A DNA stretch of 63,002 bases, filler included, from Collodictyon triciliatum (lineage: Eukaryota), in the NCBI GenBank assembly GCA_043381765.1. It is 21 parts of 21 records of this genome, joined end to end, with 100 filler letters (N's around TTAATTAATTAA, not from the genome) between each part and the next. Parts side by side here need not be neighbours in the genome. Positions count along the whole stretch, not along the records: positions 51,092 to 53,991 come from JBHJMP010008104.1; positions 54,092 to 57,004 come from JBHJMP010008105.1; positions 57,105 to 60,002 come from JBHJMP010008106.1; positions 60,103 to 63,002 come from JBHJMP010008107.1; 17 more parts are not named here. One strand, 5' to 3'. Of the stretch, positions 52,743-63,002 are shown piece by piece. Position 1 is the stretch's first letter. The number at the start of each line of letters is the position of its first letter. Below the pieces are notes generated by a model, which had not been told where the DNA came from, made no database searches, and saw only the letters and a program-made list of their open reading frames with translations. Made by a program: the position numbers and the translations under genes.

Positions 52743-53384
52743 TTCGTGGCTTCGTTGTTGGTTTCCTCTTCCCGTGCAGTCCATACTAAACAATTTTTCC
52801 CTCTTTTCCCATTTCTTCTTCCCTATTAAACTAATGGGGTTTCGCCTTCGGAAAGCGCAGTGCCGCTATATATTAACACGCCTTCACAACCCTCCTTTGC
52901 TCCCTTTCACATGCAAAAATCCCTCTGTCCACGGAACCTTTTTATTCTCCTTTTTTATGTGCTCATTTCCACCATATTCCTACTATTCTATCTATTTCAT
53001 TTTTATTTCTCTTCCCTTCTACCAAAGAAACACCAGAATTTAACTCAGTCAACACATAAATAATAATCGGATATAACTATCAAAGATAACAACACAAAGT
53101 GATATTGTGCACTCTGGGTTGATGCGACACTATGAAAGAAGGTAGTTGTGACCGCGTTTAATTATTGGAAGAGCACATCTTTTGTTGGCTTCATTTTGTT
53201 TTCTGTTTAGGCATTTTTTTTTATTTTTATTTTTTTACTTTATGGGGTGCGCTGGGTTGAGAAGTCTTAAAGTTGCAAAATTTTCTGACACCAAATGGTT
53301 CAAAAAGAAGAAGAAAAAGAAGAAGAAAAAGAAACGATGGTGGAATTAGTTGGCTGCAATATTGCTGCGGATATCAAAAAACTT

Positions 53385-53762
<378 letters not shown>

Positions 53763-54235
53763 CTATTAGCCAGTCGATGTATTGCCACTTTTGAGTTTGT
53801 TGTTGGATTTATAATGCCATCATAAGGGTTATTATCTTGGTAGGATGAAAATAAAGGATATAGAAAAATAGTAGAGCTACTAGAAATAAAAATGAAAAGA
53901 AAAGAAAAGAAAAGAAAAGAAAAGAAAAGAAAAGAAAAGAAAAGAAAAGAAAAGAAAAGAAAAGAAAAGAAAAGAAAAGAAAAGAAAAGAANNNNNNNNN
54001 NNNNNNNNNNNNNNNNNNNNNNNNNNNNNNNNNNNTTAATTAATTAANNNNNNNNNNNNNNNNNNNNNNNNNNNNNNNNNNNNNNNNNNNNACAAATACA
54101 AATACAAATACAAATACAAATACAAATACAAATACAAATACAAATACAAATACAAATACAAATACAAATACAAATACAAATACAAATACAAATGAAACTA
54201 CAATCGCAATATCACTTCTTTCTGCATCCACCTAG

Positions 54236-54823
54236 TCGCCGTCGCTACAATCAGACCTTGCGTACTGGGCATTTGTGTGGTCCATGACCTACATGTCGCT
54301 GGACATCGAGTGCGACCTGAACGGCCCGTTCATCTTGGCCACACACCCGGTCTACTTCCAAGTAGCCTTCAGCTCGTTTGCCACAGGCGTGTGCGTGATG
54401 GCTGTAGACCCAGACCTCATCCCGACGCGTGCAGAAAGCGACAATATTGACGTGTTCTATGCGTGGGTGCTGCACGTCTGCTGCTACTGGGTGCCTCTAG
54501 CCACAACCCTTGTTGAGAGTTACATCAGCCGTGCATATCTTCGGCGGAGATACTGGCTGCTGCTAACGTGGCCTCTGCCCGGAGTTGCTACTGCTGCAAA
54601 GATCCTCTGGATTCTGCTTGCGCCCACTTTGTTGGTTCTGTGCTGGACGCTTGTGGGCAACGACCCGTCCAATGCATACACACAGGACGCTGTTCAGACG
54701 CTGGTGTTCTATGCAATCATCGTCCTCGTCAATCTCTCGGCCGCCCTCATTCTTATCGCTCTCATTCGCCACCGCTCCGAATACGACCGCGCCGTGTTTA
54801 ATCTTCCCTACAACATCGGATAG
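54236..54823 (+). CDS. Multi-pass membrane protein, terminal exon; unknown family
   Basis: GC-rich open frame after a TAG acceptor, with several hydrophobic segments. Confidence 0.7.
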   Translation, partial: SPSLQSDLAYWAFVWSMTYMSLDIECDLNGPFILATHPVYFQVAFSSFATGVCVMAVDPDLIPTRAESDNIDVFYAWVLHVCCYWVPLATTLVESYISRAYLRRRYWLLLTWPLPGVATAAKILWILLAPTLLVLCWTLVGNDPSNAYTQDAVQTLVFYAIIVLVNLSAALILIALIRHRSEYDRAVFNLPYNIG

Positions 54824-54933
54824 CCTGTGTGCTTTCCTATTTGCTTGCTTCTTCACATATCCTATCGGCCACACACTGTATTTACCGCCCGACCATCGAA
54901 ACTACCAAACTTATGAATATTTACATAAATCCA

Positions 54934-54964
<31 letters not shown>

Positions 54965-55058
54965 GCAAACCTTTTAAATATATATTTAAAAAGAAAGAAA
55001 ACTAGCTACTCTGTGGAAACACACAGTCGCCCTAAGAGGAGAGAGAAACGAAGCAGTT

Positions 55059-56716
55059 ATGAAGTTTACATACTCGCTGGTGATACGACTCGGGGCGATT
55101 CTTGTGTTCTCTTCATGCTTGCTGTTCTACTTGTCGGAGTATCCGGACGCCACGTCAGCCTTCAACCAGCAGCTGGTAGGCCTGCATTCACCTTCACACT
55201 CACACTCACACTCACACTCACACTCACACTCACACTCACACTCACACTCACACTCACACTCACACTCACACTCACACTCACATGCCTTGGACTCTTCTTT
55301 CTCTCGCCCAGCTTTCTCACTGCTTTATCAATACAGTACAATCCCGACAAGGACAGCACGGATATCATAGGGAAAGGAAAGTGGGGCGCATATCCCGACA
55401 AACTGAAGGAGCTCATGGAGCTGCACAAGGAGCAAATCAAGGCTGCAGACAAGGAGAAAGCTGCTATCGCGCAAGGGAAGATACACGAAACCGGGGCCGA
55501 CAAAGACGATCCTTTCCGAATCCCGCAGAACATGTCCGAGTGGGAGCTACCTACGCATTGCTTCCCTTTTGACAAGAATGAACATGTCTGCTACACTATA
55601 AGCTCAAAGTTTCGATCTCCATGTTTCCAGCACCAAGGCAGGAAGCATTGTCTTCCGTCCTACATCATTATCGGCTTCCCTAAGTGTGGAACAAGCTCTT
55701 TACACTATTACATAAACCAACACCCGAATGTACAAGCCCCAAGAGTAAAGGAGACGGACTATTTTTCCCACTGGGTCGACAATAATCACTCCCCGAGCTA
55801 CTACACAAGCTTATTTCCTCGTATATCCAGGTACAGGACGACCTTGTCTCTCGTTTTACTCTATATTTATTACGTTATTACATCCCAAAACTGGTTGTCG
55901 ATGCTGTGCGGATTTGATTCATGAAGACTCAACACTATCTTTTCTTTGGTCAATAACGAAAATATAGCCCCCAAAATATCACAGGAGAAGCAACAACAAA
56001 ATATGGATCTTCGTTAGTGACGCCGGCTAGAATCCAGCAAGTTTTGCCATATGTACGATTGATCGCCATGATTCGTGACCCAGCAGAGCAGGTCTATTCA
56101 GATTATCTGATGTTTGTCGATTGGGTCAAGTAAGTCGCCCCCAATACAACGATTCATTCTGTTAAGACTGCCAAGAGAATATTTATTTTATAGATACAAA
56201 TTTAATATATATATATATTTGTGTGTTTTTCAGGAATGAAATTAAGAACAAAAAGGGCGGATCGCTTCCTTATCCCTTCGATGAGTTTGTACGAAATCCG
56301 CAATTTTCAACCGATTGTTGGCAGAGAAATGGGTGTGGCAAAAACGTATACTCTTATTTTTCATGAAAACCAATCCCTCCATCATCAAACACGTATCATA
56401 TCCTTACATTGTGGCACTCAATATGAAATTCAGTGGCTATCGAGATATGACTTTAATTATCTGAGCATATCTTGTCCCCTCTTTATTCGATTCAAAGGAA
56501 TTTATCTAAGCATAATTGATCTGAAAAATCTTTTTGTCAAAGAACATAAATATTAAATGTGAATGTGAATATATTGGACAACTAATAAATTAATGATTTG
56601 AATATAGGGTTCCACATGGACTTACGAATGCACACGAAAATGCAGGAGGTATGGAGAAGCCATATACGTAGATTGGTTGAAAAATTGGTTCTCTGTATTT
56701 CCGAAGAAGCAAATAC
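55059..56716 (+). CDS. Golgi type II sulfotransferase, CHST15/HS3ST-like; spliced, 3' partial
   Basis: TM exon [42 protein letters not shown] (5'-PSB); [29 protein letters not shown] (3'-PB); [16 protein letters not shown]. Confidence 0.9.
55195..55281. repeat. (CACACT)n microsatellite in first intron of the sulfotransferase
   Basis: Direct reading. Confidence 0.95.
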
Positions 56717-56728
56717 TTGGTAATAATA

Positions 56729-56730
<2 letters not shown>

Positions 56731-56827
<97 letters not shown>

Positions 56828-56881
56828 TATTATTATTACTATTACTATTACTATTACTATTACTATTACTATTACTATTAC

Positions 56882-56962
<81 letters not shown>

Positions 56963-57004
56963 ATGTGCTTGAACGTTATTATTATTATTATTATTATTAT
57001 TATT
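56731..57004. repeat. (TTA)n/(CTATTA)n microsatellite
   Basis: Direct reading. Confidence 0.97.
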
Positions 57005-57104
57005 NNNNNNNNNNNNNNNNNNNNNNNNNNNNNNNNNNNNNNNNNNNNTTAATTAATTAANNNNNNNNNNNNNNNNNNNNNNNNNNNNNNNNNNNNNNNN
57101 NNNN

Positions 57105-57213
<109 letters not shown>

Positions 57214-57401
57214 GACAACGAAAAAAGTGTCGTATAAATCCCCTTTAATATCACAGAGTTTAAAAAGGGTGGTTGCACTTCCATATCATATGGGGTGGTG
57301 AATGGATCTTAAATCTTGCTGTCTATGTTAAAGGAAAAAAGAAAAAAGAAATCAACTCAAGATACGCACAATGCTACATATTAGTCAGAGAATATAGGCT
57401 C

Positions 57402-60002
57402 ATGTCATCTCAAGTACTGCGCCCTGATATACCGATCACACCCCATGTAACTTCAACCATGATAAAAGCTTTTTCGCATTTGGTAGAAGGGTATGCATTT
57501 TACATCACCATGTCAGGATCTGATGGAATTTATTAACGAGCATGTAGTTTCATATCTTTCACTCAGCTGTTTCTTTGACTTGTAATTCTACCAAAAAAAA
57601 TTATCGAAGCAATCCCTCTGCCCCAGCGTTGCATGTTAAAAGGCATAATAGATGGATAACTTGGAATCTTACGCAATACAGAGAAAATGTTTTGATGGCA
57701 GCCAAGGTTAAAAATATCCTACTGATATTTCTTCTTATTTTCTTATGACCATATCCTCTACTTTATTCATACCTGAGGTTGTCATGAAAATCATCAAAAG
57801 TATCTTTCATACGAACTTAGGCTGCGATTGCATGTGGATTAGACGAAAAACAATCAATATGCCTCTTAGGATTTAACAGCCCAGAGTGGTTGATTGCAGC
57901 TTTCGGGGCTATACATGCAGGTGGAGTGATATCTGGCATTTATACGACAAATAGCCCTGAGCAGTGTTTTTACATCGCAGACCACAGCGACTCCCAGGTT
58001 TATTTTATTTTATTTAATTATTGGATTGCTTAATTACTGCAATTTGCTTTATTCCATTTAATTTGAATTGAAAGCTATCGGATTTCCTCCACTCAACAGT
58101 CTCTCCCAATTGTAAGCTTGTGTTCGTTGAAAACCTGTCTCAGTTGGCCAAGTTCAAGATGATTCGCGCTCAATTGAAAAAGCTGAAAAGAATTGTATTG
58201 ATGGACGACTCAGCAGATCCGGAAGGATGGGCCCTGCCATGGAATGAATTCATATCCCTGGGGAGCAGCGTATTTTTCATCTTTTTTGCTTTTTTTTTTT
58301 TTTTTTTGTCTATGGGACTAAAATTACTCTGAAAAATAAGGTCGTTGATTCAGAACTTCGCAAGCGAATGAACAGAATAGACTTGGATGATATTTGCTCC
58401 CTTATATATACGTCCGGTACCACGGGGACCCCAAAAGCAGTTATGTTAACCCATAGGAACGTACACTGGGTCGCTCATTCGATGAAACTACTATACTCTT
58501 TTTCAAATCAAGACCATATAGTTAGTTATCTACCGCTGAGGTCCTCATTCATCGCCTACATTTTTATGTTAATGTAATACCAATGGTAGAAGTATCAGAA
58601 AAGTACATACTATATTTGCCCAGTAACATGGTGCTATTATTTGGTAATAAAATGCTTTAGTCATATCGCTGAGCAAATGGCAAGCTTTTACATCCCATGC
58701 ATAAGTGGAATTCAAGTGTATTTCGCTACCCCTGAGGCTCTCAAGGGCAGTTTAATAGAAGTAATGCAGAAAGCACACAGTCGTAACTTTGGCATACTCA
58801 TAAATAAATAATACTTAAATTTAATCAAATAATGTCTCGAATCGGAACTAAGGATTATTTCTTACAGACACTGAAAGAGGTGCGGCCAACTGCGTTCTTT
58901 GGTGTCCCTCGTGTCTGGGAAAAAATTGAATTAGCCATGAAAGCAGCTGGCTCCAATAGATCTGGATGTAAAGTCGCGATGGAATATACCTAAAAACATA
59001 AAATCCACGGTTTATTTTCCTCTAAAAAATAGTATCAAGAGCGATGTCTTCGTGGGCCAAGAAGAAAGGATTGGAAGGTTCTTTCGAAAAGATGGAAAAT
59101 AGAGATGCTGGACTTACTTTCAGGATTCTGCAAAAAACCTTGTTCAAAAAAGTGATATATTTCATATTATCGAACAATTTTAAATCTTCCTTTTAGTTTT
59201 AATAAAAACTAAGAGTAATAGAGAAGAATTTGTTTTTTTTCTTCTGATTTTCAATGTGGATTTTCAAGTGTTTAAAAATGTATTGTAGTGTGTATTATGG
59301 AGAAAGTAATTATTGGAACCCGTTTAGGTTCACGCTGCCCTTGGTTTCGATCGTTGCAAGTACTTCTTCACTGGTGCAGCTCCGACCAGCAAAGAGACAT
59401 TCGAATACTTTTTGAGTCTTGTATTAATTTTAACTTTTTTGATTTTTTTTTTGGGAGCAAGCAGTTGTATCAGGCAGAATCATTAATTACATTTGAAGTA
59501 TGAAATCTTAAATATAAAATGAAAATCATAGAACATTCCTTTATATGAGCTATTTGGGATGAGCGAATCGAGCGGACCAATGCTCGCTTCATTCCCAGGA
59601 TGGCACAAGCTGTGCTCTGTTGGACCTGCGGTTAGAGACATCAGCTTTGAAATTAAAAAAAGGACAATTTATTTATTCATCCAAACAGGTCGGAGGAAGC
59701 AAGGCCACTGTATTCGAAGATGGAGAACTTTGTTTGAAAGGACCTTTTGTTTTTGTTCGTTTTAGTATAATTTTCAGCTTGTTTTTTCTTCATTGAGTCG
59801 AACATTCACTCAATAAGGGTAAAAATTGCAGAAAGGATATTGGAAAGACCCCGAGGCTACGGCTGCAGCAATCGACAAAGATGGGTGGCTCCACACTGGT
59901 GACCTTGGGAAAATCGATGATGAGGTTTCCATCACACATACATATATTCCTGTACACAGTATTTGGAGATTGCTCATTATGATGCCTTGTCATTAGGGAT
60001 TT
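57402..60002 (+). CDS. Long-chain fatty acid-CoA ligase, ACSBG (bubblegum) type; spliced, 3' partial
   Basis: [87 protein letters not shown]. Confidence 0.95.
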
Positions 60003-60346
60003 NNNNNNNNNNNNNNNNNNNNNNNNNNNNNNNNNNNNNNNNNNNNTTAATTAATTAANNNNNNNNNNNNNNNNNNNNNNNNNNNNNNNNNNNNNNNNNN
60101 NNAAAAGAAAAAAGAAAAGAAAAAAGAAAAGAAAAAAGAAAAGAAAAAAGAAAAGAAAAAAGAAAAGAAAAAAGAAAAGAAAAAGAAAAGAAAAAAGAAA
60201 AAAGAAAAAGAAAAGAAATCATGAATGACATGTCTCCCGCCCTGGAATATTCTACACTGCACTGCGCGACGGACCATAAATACACTTTGCATGCATTTCA
60301 AGACCACTACTAACAGTTTAGTTTCAATATACATGGTATTGGTTAG

Positions 60347-62865
60347 ATTGCCATCCCCAATGGAATTCGCCTTCGTTCTCTGAGTTGGAACTCGGAGCAG
60401 GGTTGGATTGCGTGTGGAGGAGACGACGGGCTGTTGAAAGTTCTCAAGCTCGAATCTCAAACAAGCAAAGATCCAAAGTCAAAAGGACTCGCAGCGCCAA
60501 GCAACTTGTCCATGAACCAGACACTGGAAGGACATAACGGTTGGTGATCTTTGTTGGTTGCCTGTGTGACTTTATTAGGATGCTCTATTTGCATTTTGCG
60601 TTTATTATTCATGTCATCGATGTCATCGTATATTTTATGGAGCCAGATTCAGTTTAAAGCTTGATGATATGCTGGAGATTGATCGGCTGATTCATATGCG
60701 CAATAGGTGCTGTTCAGGTGGTCACATGGAATGAAAATTACCGCAAACTGACTACCAGTGACCAGAAAGGGCTTATCATCGTGTGGATGTTGTACAAAGG
60801 GATGTGGTATGAGGAAATGATTAACAACCGAAACAAAAGTGTTGTTCGAGACATGTGTTGGACTGCTGATGGCCAGAAAATTTGTATTGTTTATGAAGAT
60901 GGTAAACCCTTTCATTTGTTTATTTATTTTATACATAAAAGATAATAATCAGGAAACGGCCATCCTGGGTTGTCGAATTATTCACAAGACTCCCTTATGA
61001 TCTTGTCATACTGCAGATTGAAAAGTAAAATAATGAATTTGTTGGTATTATTATCACACACCAAGGCGCTGTCATTGTGGGCTCAGTTGATGGAAATAGA
61101 CTCTGGGGAAAAGAGGTCAAGATGCAACTAACGCATGTGGCATGGTCTCCGGACTCTCGCTTATTGCTTTTCGGAACAGGAAATTCTGAAGTCCATGTAT
61201 ATGACAACATGGGTGCCATGATTGTAAGCTCATCAACTCAATAACACATGCATATCAAAAGCAGTACTTTCCTTCCTTCTCCCTTCTTCCTTCTTCTTTT
61301 TTTTTTTTAATGAAACTATGATGCTTAAATATTCTTGTAGTGTTTTTGATTGCGCCTAACATTTCTCCCTGAATCGCAGACTAAATTGCCCATGTTTTGT
61401 CTGGAAGACAGCGCTGGCACCACAAAACTTATTGGATTGGATTGGTGAGACTTATGGGACACATACAAAAAATAATAATTGCCAATTATTTCACGTCAAT
61501 ATGTTCTTCACTCCTCTTTCTCATTGAGCCGATCATAAGGTATGACGGTTCCGAAGGATTGGTCGACCCTAATGCCCCAACTCTTGCAGTCGGGTTTGAA
61601 AATGGAAGACTCCAGATTATGAGATCTGATTCGGATGAAAGTGGGTTTTTCTTTTGTGTTTTTACAAAGACAAGCACCTTTCAAATGGTTATCACAGCTG
61701 CTCAAGAAAATGTCTACCATACTTTTATAATGATTTTTCTGTCACCCGTCCAGAGCCTGTTCTCATCGATACTGGGATGAAAGTCCAACGATTGTGCTGG
61801 AACCGTTCAGGCTCTGTGCTCGCTGTTGCTGGTGTATCATCGGCAACATCTGCTGGTGGAGATGAAAAGGAAATTAGCTCGATTCAGTTCTACACTCCAT
61901 TTGGCCAAGTAACCCTCATTCAAACGCCGGAAACAACTCATCTGACCGCGGTTGCATATCACTCGTTTTATTCTCCCCTTTTTTTTCTTTAAATGTCCCC
62001 CAAAGAAATTAGAGGTTCAAAATGAAATATTGAAAACAAACACCTACTATAATACCATTAGCATTTGAGAACATTGCGAGTTCCTGGTGGTGGCATAAGC
62101 GCGCTTTCGTGGGAAGGAACTGGACTCCGCATAGCACTAGCGGTGGATTCATTCATCTACTTTGCAAATATTCGCCCTGACTACAAATGGGCTTACTTTG
62201 GAAAGACTCTCGTTTACGCATTCACCAAACCTGACCGCGCAGACTATTGCGTGATTTTCTGGGATACAAAGTCGGATGATCGATATACAAAGTAGCAGTC
62301 TTGCTTATGCCATCAGCCCCTGATATCTTGCATATCTGTTTCCTTTGCCTATTTTTTTTTAACCAAATTAAAATTTATTTCCCAACAGATATGTTAAAAA
62401 ATTGGTGAGTATTCGTGCTTTTGGTGAACATTGTGTTCTTGTTACGAAATCAGATGATGCGTCGCAGCAGTAAGTATTTGAATTTTAAACAGGCTTCGTA
62501 AAAAAGCTTTCTTTTCTTATTACAAAAAAAAAGTTTTATTGAAATTGAAAACTTTTCGTCATAATACCTTGCCTACACACTAATTTTATAAATCATTTCA
62601 TTGATATAAAACAAAGGCACATTTTGATTCTGTGTAACGCGATTGGAACCCCTCTGGACAGCAAATACATCGAAATTGAGCCTATGAGTATTGCCATGAC
62701 CGATTATCATATTATCGTGACATCAAATGAAGTTGTCTACATATGGCAGGTCTGGTTGTAATACATGATTATACCCAGCTATTTAGTTGCATATCTGACA
62801 TAAAAAATCATCACGATTTAGTACCGAACTCCTATTGCCAAAATTGCTGGATTAGAAATTCAAAG
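60347..62865 (+). CDS. WDR35: WD repeat protein 35 / IFT121 (IFT-A); spliced, partial
   Basis: [96 protein letters not shown]. Confidence 0.97.
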
Positions 62866-63002
62866 TATTCATTTTTTTTTAATTACCTATTTTTCCAAAA
62901 AACAAACAAAAACAAACAAAAACAAACAAAAACAAACAAAAACAAACAAAAACAAACAAAAACAAACAAAAACAAACAAAAAACAAACAAAAAACAAACA
63001 AA

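Overview
This is not one locus. It is 21 unrelated eukaryotic contigs of about 2.9 kb each, joined by an artificial 100-nt spacer (44 N + TTAATTAATTAA + 44 N), so neighbouring contigs have no biological adjacency. The DNA is AT-rich and intron-dense, uses the standard genetic code in every exon I spliced by hand, and is full of microsatellites; most contigs break in one. It appears to come from a flagellated protist (WDR35/IFT121 is present). Recognisable gene fragments: OCRL/INPP5B-like 5-phosphatase, PLOD-type glycosyltransferase, NHL-repeat protein, a class III cyclase-like + TKL kinase fusion, mitochondrial aconitase, HAT and TPR proteins, TMF1-like golgin, an IQ-motif pseudokinase, CANT1 apyrase, a divergent Sar1-like GTPase, an LRR protein, DUS2, a P/U-type cyclin, pecanex, a CHST15-like sulfotransferase, ACSBG-type acyl-CoA ligase and WDR35. 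Best leads: (1) a CPLANE1/JBTS17-like gene hidden in a mis-ordered scaffold; (2) an unusual splice-site grammar, with many AAG acceptors that often lack a pyrimidine tract, weak GT donors and GC donors; (3) a decayed, dispersed coding element shared by three contigs; (4) a probably inactive cyclase fused to an intact kinase; (5) a glycosyltransferase bracketed by a direct repeat. All homology calls are by-eye motif recognition against remembered family sequences; no database searches were run.
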